Positions 40,726 to 48,858 of a DNA stretch of 64,000 bases are shown here, one piece after another (within the stretch, counting starts at the first letter, position 1; every line of letters starts with the position of its first letter). A program made the position numbers and the translations under genes. The notes beneath the pieces were generated by a model. It was not told the DNA's origin. It searched no databases and saw only the letters and a program-made list of their open reading frames with translations. This DNA is from Bacteroidetes bacterium HGW-Bacteroidetes-2. Its GTDB lineage: Bacteria > Bacteroidota > Bacteroidia > Flavobacteriales > Flavobacteriaceae. The DNA lies in assembly GCA_002842575.1 (NCBI GenBank), contig PHDJ01000013.1, positions 18,830-82,829 of the forward strand, in the 5' to 3' direction.

Positions 40726-41689
40726 TTTCGGTGTTTATTAGGTTTGTAATGACGTTTATAATTAATTCTTTTTCTTTTGGGTTGCTTTCTGCAATCATCA
40801 AAGTTAAGGCAACTAAAGTATTATTTGCAATCTTTTTTGAACCGTCTCCTTTGTAAAGAAAATTGTTTTTATCCAAATACCACACAAACAGCCATGCTGC
40901 TATGCGTTTATTTCCATCTGTGAAGGAATGGTTTTTAACTACCAGATATAGTAAATTTGCTGCTTTTTCTTCTATGGAATTGTAGAGTTCTTTTCCGTCA
41001 AAGGTTTGATCTATTACAGCAATCGAACTTTTAAATGATTGGTCTTTTTCGTTCCCAAAAATCTTAGAACCATCAAATTTTATGCGTAACTGTTCTATTG
41101 CCGCCTTGGCTTCCTGATAATCAATTTTAAAAATTACTTCGTTTCCGGAATCAGATTTTTTAAGTTTTTGATGATCATAATGATCAAGGATATCAAGTGC
41201 TTTTGTATAGTCTGTTAGCACGTGAATGAGCTCCTTGGTTTCAGAATTTCTAGTCGCTATTTTGGAAGTTCTATCAATGAGTTGAATGGTCTTTTTTAAT
41301 TGGATTAAACGTTTTTGGTTTATTGAATAACCTTGGAGAAGGTGTTCTTTCAAAGTTTTTGTAGCCCAGATTCTGAATTGAGTGGCAATTTTTGATTTTA
41401 CCTTATAACCCACTGCGATAATTACATCTAGATTATAATGTGTAACGTTATAGGTTTTACCATCATTTGCAGTATGTGCAAATTTTACACATACTGAATC
41501 TTGAATGAGTTCCTTTTCAGTAAAAATGTTTTTTATATGTTTACTAATAACAGTTCTATCTCTCTCAAACAGTGCTGCAATTTGTTGTTCTGAGGCCCAA
41601 ATAGTTTCCTTATTCTCATCTAATAAAACATCAAGTGACTGTCCAGAAGTTGATGAAGTAAATTTGATAAAGCCTTTCTTTGAATCCAT
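40718..41689 (-). CDS. RhuM-like N-terminal domain fused to a Fic/Doc domain
   Basis: N-half: ETIWASEQQIAALF, KHIKNIF, YNLDVIIAVGYKVKS, QFRIWATKTLKEHLLQGYSIN (RhuM-like). C-half: VKNHSFTDGNKRIA (Fic/Doc HxFxDGNKR). Its stop overlaps the purE ATG by 8 nt. Confidence 0.9.
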   Translation of the reverse strand: MDSKKGFIKFTSSTSGQSLDVLLDENKETIWASEQQIAALFERDRTVISKHIKNIFTEKELIQDSVCVKFAHTANDGKTYNVTHYNLDVIIAVGYKVKSKIATQFRIWATKTLKEHLLQGYSINQKRLIQLKKTIQLIDRTSKIATRNSETKELIHVLTDYTKALDILDHYDHQKLKKSDSGNEVIFKIDYQEAKAAIEQLRIKFDGSKIFGNEKDQSFKSSIAVIDQTFDGKELYNSIEEKAANLLYLVVKNHSFTDGNKRIAAWLFVWYLDKNNFLYKGDGSKKIANNTLVALTLMIAESNPKEKELIINVITNLINTENE

Positions 41690-41771
41690 AAGCTAATTTA
41701 ATCATTTCATTTAAACAGAAAAAGGGATTTGACGGGCAACATTCAGAAAATAAAATAAGAGCTGCCAACTG

Positions 41772-42929
41772 CTATTGACCACTAATGACTTGAATCGAGC
41801 CCTTCACCTCCTCAGCAATTTTCCTTGCCTCAGCGATGTCTTCATTGACAATAGTAACGTGTCCCATTTTTCTAAAGGGCCGTGTTTCTTTTTTGCCATA
41901 AATATGAGGAGTAACTCCCGGCATGGCCATAATTTTTTCGATGTTTTTATAGACTACCTGTCCGGTATGGCCTTCGGCACCTACTAGGTTGACCATGATC
42001 CCAGCAAGTTTGCTGTCAGTATTTCCTAATGGTAAATCTAAGATTGCCCGCAGATGTTGCTCAAATTGATTGGTGTAGCTGGCTTCAATACTGTAATGCC
42101 CGCTGTTATGAGGTCTTGGGGCGACTTCGTTAACGAGGATGTCGTCGTCTTCGGTTTGGAAGAGTTCGACGGCGAGTAAGCCTACGTGTTCCATGGCTTT
42201 GGAGACTTTCATGGCGACTTCTCTGGCTTTTTCAGCTACTGCAGAATCAATTCTGGCAGGACAAATCACATATTCTACTTGATTGGCAGTGGGGTGAAAT
42301 TCCATTTCCACAACGGGATAGGTTTTTATTTCGCCAGAAACAGAGCGTGAAACAATCACCGCCAATTCATTTTTAAAGGGAATCAATTTTTCGGCAATAC
42401 ATTCGCCTTCAGCAAGCGGAATCAAATCTTCAGCATCGCGGATAATGCTCACACCTTTACCGTCATAACCACCAGTGGCACTTTTCCAAACAAAAGGGAA
42501 GTGCAGTTCGTTGCGCACAAGAGCTTCTTGTAAACCATATTTATCTTTATAAACAATGAATGGTGCAGTAGGGATTTGATGGTCTTTATAAAATTGTTTT
42601 TGAATGGCTTTATTTTGGATATTTTGTAGTGTTTTGGAAGAAGGAAATACTTTGACCCCTTCTTTTTCCAACTTTTCCAATGCTTCCACATTCACTCCTT
42701 CAATTTCAAAAGTGAGGACATCTACATCTTTCCCGAAGTTGTAAACCGTGTGAAAATCCATCAAATCTCCTTGAACAAAAGTGTTGCAGGCAATTTTACA
42801 AGGCGCTTCATTACTGGGGTCTAATACTTTGGTGGCGATATCATACTTTCGGGTTTCATAAAGCAACATTTTACCCAGTTGCCCGCCGCCAAGGATGCCT
42901 AAAGTGAAATTGGATGAGAAATAATTCAT
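41772..42929 (-). CDS. purK: N5-CAIR synthase (ATP-grasp)
   Basis: GILGGGQLGKM, TFEIE, GGYDGKG, NEVAPRPHNSGH and HIYGKKETRPFRKMGH motifs. Confidence 0.97.
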   Translation of the reverse strand: MNYFSSNFTLGILGGGQLGKMLLYETRKYDIATKVLDPSNEAPCKIACNTFVQGDLMDFHTVYNFGKDVDVLTFEIEGVNVEALEKLEKEGVKVFPSSKTLQNIQNKAIQKQFYKDHQIPTAPFIVYKDKYGLQEALVRNELHFPFVWKSATGGYDGKGVSIIRDAEDLIPLAEGECIAEKLIPFKNELAVIVSRSVSGEIKTYPVVEMEFHPTANQVEYVICPARIDSAVAEKAREVAMKVSKAMEHVGLLAVELFQTEDDDILVNEVAPRPHNSGHYSIEASYTNQFEQHLRAILDLPLGNTDSKLAGIMVNLVGAEGHTGQVVYKNIEKIMAMPGVTPHIYGKKETRPFRKMGHVTIVNEDIAEARKIAEEVKGSIQVISGQ

Positions 42930-42946
42930 GAAAAATGCTGTTTGCG

Positions 42947-42954
42947 CAAAGATA
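42947..42954 (-). promoter_or_regulatory. -7 promoter element (TATCTTTG) of purK
   Basis: CAAAGATA on the + strand, 17 nt upstream of the purK start. Confidence 0.65.
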
Positions 42955-43108
42955 AGTAAAAGGAATTTTAAATTGGGATTTCAGCTTTCGTTCATTAGGT
43001 TATATAGAAATGTTTTTCTTCCGTGACAACTAAAAAAAATATTTTTTTGACACTGTATTTTGAAACAAAAAATTTCATTTCTTTGATAGATTCAAATCAA
43101 CAATTTAT

Positions 43109-43720
43109 ATGATTTTTCCAAAAACGGAATTGCGTTTTATAAATAAACAAATTGGCTACGGTGTAGTGGCAACAGAATTCATTCCAAAAGGCACAATCAC
43201 TTGGGCTCTAGATGCTTTGGATAGGGAATTTACCCCAACTGAAGTCTCTCAAATGGACGCCAAATATCAAAAAACACTTGATTTTTTTACCTACAGAAAT
43301 AACCGCGGAAACTTTGTGTTTTGTTGGGATTTTGGTCGCTATGTCAACCATAGTTTTAATGCCAATTGCATCAGCACAGCTTATGATTTTGAAGTGGCGA
43401 TTCGCGATATTCACCCGGGCGAGCAATTGACCGATGATTATGGCTACCTCAATATCACAGAACCCTTTGAAGCCGAAGACGAAGGTTTTGAGCGTAAAAT
43501 AGTATTTCCAGATGATTTATTGCGTTATCATAAAGAATGGGATGATAAAGTGAAAGCCGTTTTTCCATTAATACCTGAATTAAATCAGCCGTTGCGGGGG
43601 TATATTTCTGAAGAAGTCTGGCAGAAAGTTGAAAAAATAGCTTCCGGTAAAGAGGAAATGCTCTCTATCCTGAGCTGTTATTTTGAGGAAAATAAATTGG
43701 AATTAAACAAGTCAAAGTAA
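43109..43720 (+). CDS. SET domain protein (putative lysine methyltransferase)
   Basis: IGYGVVATEFIPKGT, RYVNHSFNANC and IHPGEQLTDDYG SET motifs. Confidence 0.88.
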   Translation: MIFPKTELRFINKQIGYGVVATEFIPKGTITWALDALDREFTPTEVSQMDAKYQKTLDFFTYRNNRGNFVFCWDFGRYVNHSFNANCISTAYDFEVAIRDIHPGEQLTDDYGYLNITEPFEAEDEGFERKIVFPDDLLRYHKEWDDKVKAVFPLIPELNQPLRGYISEEVWQKVEKIASGKEEMLSILSCYFEENKLELNKSK

Positions 43721-43722
43721 AT

Positions 43723-44403
43723 TTAAACTTGCTTGCTTTTTTCAAGAAACCAATGTTTCAATTCGGGTAATGCAATTTCTTCAAAGTGATTGATTACTTT
43801 GTCTGCAAGCCTGTAATCCTGATTTTTTGAGTGGATGCTGTCATAACCAACACAAGCTATTTTTGCTGCTTTTGCAGCGAGAATGCCGTTTGTGGAATCT
43901 TCGATGACCACACAGTGGCGCTTTTCTTCTTCGGCAGCCTGAGCGGCTTTTATAAAAATTTCAGGATGTGGTTTTGAAGCCTTTAAATCGGCACCGCTTA
44001 GTTTTGCTTTAAAGTAAGGATTCAAATTGAACCGCTCAAAAACAGCATTGATGGTTCCCATAGAAGCTGAAGAAGCTAAAACCAAAGTGAGTCCGTTTTC
44101 ATAATACTCCTCAACGCGCTCTTTTACACCTGAAATAAGTGTCAGCTCAGGGTCATTTTTAAACAACTCCTGAAATTTTGAACGCTTGTGCAAGACTAGT
44201 TCCTGAGGATCAACAGCCAATTGAAAATGTTCACACAATTGCCTGCAGACTTTTAAAGTGGATTGCCCGGTAAAGCCATGGTACATCGCGTCTGTTATCT
44301 CCAGGTTTCTGTCATAAAACATTTGAAAATAAGCTTTATGATGAAGGGGTTCTGTATCTACAATCACACCATCCATATCAAATAAAACGGCTTTTAAAGA
44401 CAT
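43723..44403 (-). CDS. HAD-superfamily phosphatase (beta-PGM/CbbY-like)
   Basis: FDMDGVIVDT, ASSAS, KPHPEIF and IEDSTNG motifs. Confidence 0.9.
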   Translation of the reverse strand: MSLKAVLFDMDGVIVDTEPLHHKAYFQMFYDRNLEITDAMYHGFTGQSTLKVCRQLCEHFQLAVDPQELVLHKRSKFQELFKNDPELTLISGVKERVEEYYENGLTLVLASSASMGTINAVFERFNLNPYFKAKLSGADLKASKPHPEIFIKAAQAAEEEKRHCVVIEDSTNGILAAKAAKIACVGYDSIHSKNQDYRLADKVINHFEEIALPELKHWFLEKSKQV

Positions 44404-44549
44404 AAAATATTTTTGGTAAAGGTAAAAAAGGAATGCTTTAGCAGAGCAGGTTTTTATAAAAAGAAATGCCTTTAAATTTCCTTTTCATTTCTTAAAAAGA
44501 TAGCTTTTTCACTTCTTTTTTGTTATACTAGCTTTCTAAGATATTATTC

Positions 44550-44669
44550 ATGTTAGAAAAACAAGAAGTAGAATATTTAATTGCGTTTAGAAAACATTTG
44601 TATAAGCGTCCTGAACTTTCGATATGGAAAAGGAAATATTCATTTACAGTTAACGGTTTTTCGTGCTAG
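44550..44669 (+). pseudogene. 5' remnant of an M20-family amidohydrolase
   Basis: MLEKQEVEYLIAFRKHLYKRPELS, then ..MEKEI in a shifted frame, resembling the M20D N-terminal RRxLHxxPELSxxExxT motif. Stop at 44667-44669. Confidence 0.6.
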
Positions 44670-44689
44670 GCGTGGTTCACATAAACGCA

Positions 44690-44850
44690 CCCATTTAGGC
44701 ACTATTTTAAACGGAGATGAGAAGGTATTAATAGGCAATAAAGGCAATTTAGAAATAGGAGAGACTTCTTTTAATGAATTTAGTAACCAAATCAATTATG
44801 AAATGTTGACCCAATTACCCGCTGCTATTTCAAAAAAGATTGTTGATTAA
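44690..44850 (+). pseudogene. 3' remnant of an alanine racemase
   Basis: THLGTILNGDEKVLIGNKGNLEI...FNEFSNQINYEMLTQLPAAISKKIVD* resembles the Alr C-terminus (GDEVVLIGxQG..I...INYE..T.L...I.R). The rest of Alr, including the PLP lysine, is absent. Confidence 0.65.
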
Positions 44851-44943
44851 ATTTAATTAATTTCCAAAATATAAAGTTCAAGTTACAGAGATTAAATACC
44901 TTATATTTCGTAAATTTGCACTTTTAATTTTTAATAGCATATT

Positions 44944-45474
44944 TTGATACAGCTCAACGACAAAACCTTTGTACCATTTATTAATAAGAAAACCATAGCT
45001 GCTGCTATTAATAGAATTGCACATGAAATATCCCGGGATATGCAAGGCGAAACCCCAATTTTTATAGGTGTTCTTAATGGTGCATTTGTAGTAGTTAGTG
45101 ATTTAGTGCGAGCATATCCAAACACCTGTGAAGTGAGTTTTGTGAAAATGGCATCCTATGAAGGCACAAAGTCAACCGGAAAAGTGAATTCACTTATAGG
45201 TATTAATGAAAATATAGAAGGTCGCATAGTTATTCTTGTTGAAGATATTGTCGATACCGGAAATACTCTAGCGGCACTGTATGAAATATTTGCAAAAGAA
45301 AAAGTAAAATCTTTTAAAACCGCCACCTTGTTTTTTAAACCAGATGCATATAAAATGGATTTAAAGATTGATTATATAGGTATTGAAATTCCAAATAAAT
45401 TTATAGTAGGTTATGGACTAGACTATGATGGTTTAGGCAGAAATTTACCCGAAGTTTACCAATTAAAATCATAA
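44944..45474 (+). CDS. hpt: Hypoxanthine phosphoribosyltransferase (TTG start)
   Basis: GVLNGAF, ILVEDIVDTGNTL (PRPP loop), FIVGYGLDY. A TAAATTTG -7 element lies at 44911-44918. Confidence 0.93.
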   Translation: MIQLNDKTFVPFINKKTIAAAINRIAHEISRDMQGETPIFIGVLNGAFVVVSDLVRAYPNTCEVSFVKMASYEGTKSTGKVNSLIGINENIEGRIVILVEDIVDTGNTLAALYEIFAKEKVKSFKTATLFFKPDAYKMDLKIDYIGIEIPNKFIVGYGLDYDGLGRNLPEVYQLKS

Positions 45475-45478
45475 AACA

Positions 45479-46051
45479 ATGACAAATTTAGTTTTATTTG
45501 GCCCTCCTGGAGCCGGCAAAGGTACACAAGCAGACGTTTTAAAAGACAAATATAATCTGGTGCATATTTCAACCGGAGATGTATTTCGTTACAACATTAA
45601 AAATGCTACAGAGCTTGGCACTTTAGCAAAGTCTTATATGGACAAAGGACAATTAGTTCCTGATAAAGTAACCATTAATATGCTTAAGGCGGAAGTAGAA
45701 AGCCACGAAGGTGCAAATGGATTTATTTTTGATGGTTTTCCTCGCACCGAAGCCCAGGCAGAAGCATTAGAAAAATTATTAGAAGAAAAAAATACTAAAA
45801 TTTCGGCTATGGTAGCTCTAGAGGTGGATGATGAAGTTTTAGTACAACGTCTTTTAGAACGTGGTAAAACCAGTGGAAGACCAGATGATGCAGATAAAGA
45901 TATAATAAAAAATCGCATCAAAGTATATTATAACGAAACCGCAATTTTAAAAAATTACTATCATAAACAAAATAAATATTTTGGGGTAAATGGCGTAGGT
46001 AGTATTGAAGAAATTACCAAACGTTTGAGCGATGTAATTGATGGACTTTAA
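45479..46051 (+). CDS. adk: Adenylate kinase (short, no LID)
   Basis: GPPGAGKGTQ, HISTGD, FIFDGFPRT and GRPDD motifs. Confidence 0.96.
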   Translation: MTNLVLFGPPGAGKGTQADVLKDKYNLVHISTGDVFRYNIKNATELGTLAKSYMDKGQLVPDKVTINMLKAEVESHEGANGFIFDGFPRTEAQAEALEKLLEEKNTKISAMVALEVDDEVLVQRLLERGKTSGRPDDADKDIIKNRIKVYYNETAILKNYYHKQNKYFGVNGVGSIEEITKRLSDVIDGL

Positions 46052-46121
46052 AAAATTATAAGCAGCTGACAGTAATAGTATTTATTAGTACTATAAAAGA
46101 ATAACAACAAAAAAAACTAAA

Positions 46122-47123
46122 ATGACTGAGGGCAATTTTGTAGATTATGTAAAAATGCATGTTTCTTCCGGAAAAGGAGGGAAAGGTTCTGCGCATTTGC
46201 ACCGTGAAAAATATATTGAAAAAGGTGGGCCTGATGGTGGTGATGGTGGACGAGGAGGTCATGTAATTCTTAAAGGCAATGCAAATTTGTGGACCTTGCT
46301 GCATTTAAAATACAAACGACATATAAAAGCAGGTCATGGTGCCCACGGGGCAAGTTGCAGAAGCACAGGCTCTGATGGAGAAGATGTTTATATTGAAGTG
46401 CCTTTAGGCACAGTAATTAGAGATACAGAAACCCAAGAAATACTTTTAGAAATTACCAAGGATGCCGAAGAACAAATTCTTTTAAAAGGAGGGAAAGGGG
46501 GTCTTGGTAACTGGAATTTTAGAACTTCCACTAATCAAACACCACGCTATGCACAACCCGGCATGGATTGTCAGGAACTAGACATTACTATGGAATTAAA
46601 AATTCTGGCAGATGTTGGTTTGGTGGGCTTCCCAAATGCTGGTAAATCTACATTACTTTCCGTAGTGACTTCTGCAAAACCTAAAATTGCTGATTATGAA
46701 TTTACAACCTTAAAACCAAATTTAGGAATTGTTCAATACCGAGACTTTCAGACTTTTGTAATGGCAGATATTCCTGGAATCATTGAAGGAGCAGCAGAAG
46801 GTAAAGGAATAGGACATCGATTTTTGCGGCACATAGAGCGTAATTCTACCTTATTATTTTTAGTTCCAGCCGATGCAAATGACATTAAAGAACAATATGA
46901 CATTCTTCTCAACGAGCTTAAAAAATACAACCCTGAACTTTTAGACAAAGAACGACTTGTGGCAATTTCAAAAAGCGATATGCTCGATGAAGAGCTTAAA
47001 CGAGAAATGAAAAAGCAATTAGACAAAGATTTTAAAGGAATTCCTTATTTGTTCATTTCTTCAGTAGCACAACAGGGCTTAACCGAGTTAAAAGATAAAT
47101 TATGGAAAATGCTGAATGATTAA
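46122..47123 (+). CDS. obgE: GTPase Obg/CgtA
   Basis: [44 protein letters not shown] and FLRHIER motifs. Confidence 0.96.
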   Translation: MTEGNFVDYVKMHVSSGKGGKGSAHLHREKYIEKGGPDGGDGGRGGHVILKGNANLWTLLHLKYKRHIKAGHGAHGASCRSTGSDGEDVYIEVPLGTVIRDTETQEILLEITKDAEEQILLKGGKGGLGNWNFRTSTNQTPRYAQPGMDCQELDITMELKILADVGLVGFPNAGKSTLLSVVTSAKPKIADYEFTTLKPNLGIVQYRDFQTFVMADIPGIIEGAAEGKGIGHRFLRHIERNSTLLFLVPADANDIKEQYDILLNELKKYNPELLDKERLVAISKSDMLDEELKREMKKQLDKDFKGIPYLFISSVAQQGLTELKDKLWKMLND

Positions 47124-47228
47124 TATTTTAATAAAAATTTAAAACTTTTAGAATTTTGTTTTTTGTAGATTTACTCCTTTAGTTGTTTAAGCATTAATCC
47201 TAAATTACTTTTTTTAAAATATATAAAA

Positions 47229-47744
47229 ATGAAAAATCTAATAGCATGCATAGCTAGTCTTTTATTAGTATCTTGTGGTGCAACCGTAAATTACGATTAC
47301 GATAAACAAACCGATTTTTTACATTACAAATCCTATAATTATTTTCCTACTATTGAATCAGGGTTAAGTGAATTAGACAATCAACGTATTATAAAGGCTG
47401 CAGATAGTATTTTGCAACAAAGTGGATTTGTAAAAACCGAAAACCCACAATTTTATATAAATTTTTTCAGTAAAGAGTTTGTTTCTAACTCCAGAAACAC
47501 CATTGGTGTTGGAGTTGGGAGCTCTGGAAGAAATACTGGAATAGGTGTTTCAGGAGGCATTCCCATTGGAGGTAGAACAGTTAGTCAGAAACTAACCATA
47601 GATTTTATTGATGCCATTAAAGACGCATTGTTTTGGCAAGCAGTGGTTGAAAGTGAATTTAAAGAAAGAACCTCTCCTTCAAAAAAACAGCAACATTATT
47701 ACAATGCCCTTCAAAAAGCATTTAAAAATTATCCGCCCAAATAG
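47229..47744 (+). CDS. DUF4136-like lipoprotein
   Basis: Lipobox LLVSC, VNYDYDKQTDF..YKSY, Gly-rich GVGVG..GIGVSGGIPIG and LTIDFIDA..LFWQ. Confidence 0.75.
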   Translation: MKNLIACIASLLLVSCGATVNYDYDKQTDFLHYKSYNYFPTIESGLSELDNQRIIKAADSILQQSGFVKTENPQFYINFFSKEFVSNSRNTIGVGVGSSGRNTGIGVSGGIPIGGRTVSQKLTIDFIDAIKDALFWQAVVESEFKERTSPSKKQQHYYNALQKAFKNYPPK

Positions 47745-47797
47745 TGCCATAAATTTAAAAGGCAGATTTCTAGAATACAGAATAAAAATAAATACAA

Positions 47798-48757
47798 ATG
47801 CGCCAAGTTATTTTTGTCATTTTATTAGTTACCGTAATTGCTTCAGGTCAGTCTTCTTTTGAAAAGGGCGAAAAATTTTACAACCAAGAAAAATTCAGCC
47901 AAGCAAAACCGCTGCTAGAGTCTTTTTTTAAACAAAACCCAACACACTCAAAAACCAAAGAATATCTGGGTGACATTGCAGCATATTATAAAGATTGGGA
48001 TGCTGCAATGACGTATTACAAAGATTTAGTTGAAGAAAACCCAAACAACGCCGATTTTAATTTTAAGTACGGTGGCTCCTTAGGAATGAAAGCTAAATCT
48101 ATAAACAAAATGAGAGCTATAACCTATATAAGTGATATTAAAACCTATTTAGGCAGAGCCACAGAGCTAAACCCTAGACACATTGAGGCTCATTGGGCAA
48201 TGGTAGAATTGTATATGCAATTACCAGCAATTTTTGGTGGAAGTGAAAAAATGTCTTTAAAATGTGCAAATCAATTATTAAAAATATCGCCAGTAGATGG
48301 CCACCTAGCATTAGGTTATATAGCAGAATACAACAACAATCCAAATGAAGCAGAAAAACACTATAAAAAAGCAATATCCATTGGCGATTCACCACATACC
48401 TATGAAAAATTAGCAAATTTCTATGAAACCAAAACCAATCAACCAAAAAAAGCCATTGAAACAAGAGAAATTTCTTTAGAAAAACACAAACGAAATAATT
48501 TAAATTATCAAATAGGAAAAGTATCTGCTATCTATAATGTAGAGTTACAAAAAGGGTTAACATATTTAAAAATATTTCTCGAAAATTATTCAGGAAAAGA
48601 TATACTGCCTAAAGAATGGGCATATTATCGAATAGCGCAAATATATAAACATCTTGGCGAAAAAGAAGAAGCCGAAAGTTGGATTAATAAAGCACTTTCT
48701 TTAAAAAGTGATTTTAAAGAAGCAAAAGAAGAAAAAAAAATGATTAGAAGTTTGTAA
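47798..48757 (+). CDS. Tetratricopeptide-repeat exported protein
   Basis: Signal peptide and multiple TPR-like helices (YLGDIA, AYYRIAQIY..LG). Confidence 0.75.
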   Translation: MRQVIFVILLVTVIASGQSSFEKGEKFYNQEKFSQAKPLLESFFKQNPTHSKTKEYLGDIAAYYKDWDAAMTYYKDLVEENPNNADFNFKYGGSLGMKAKSINKMRAITYISDIKTYLGRATELNPRHIEAHWAMVELYMQLPAIFGGSEKMSLKCANQLLKISPVDGHLALGYIAEYNNNPNEAEKHYKKAISIGDSPHTYEKLANFYETKTNQPKKAIETREISLEKHKRNNLNYQIGKVSAIYNVELQKGLTYLKIFLENYSGKDILPKEWAYYRIAQIYKHLGEKEEAESWINKALSLKSDFKEAKEEKKMIRSL

Positions 48758-48858
48758 CGTACTTTCCGTATAAAAAAAATAAAAAAACCACTATATTAGC
48801 GCAAGAATAAAAAAGCACAAATTCACTAAAAAATTATAAATCTAACACCAATACAACA

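Noticed and set aside
41720-41770. GGCAGC...GTTGCC hairpin between purK and RhuM-Fic as a cassette boundary
   Set aside because: Only a 6-bp stem with a wobble and a 20-nt AT spacer. Too short for attC and likely by chance.
44581-44850. 89-aa ORF as a real novel small protein
   Set aside because: Better explained as a chimera across a deletion junction, where only the 3' part resembles Alr.
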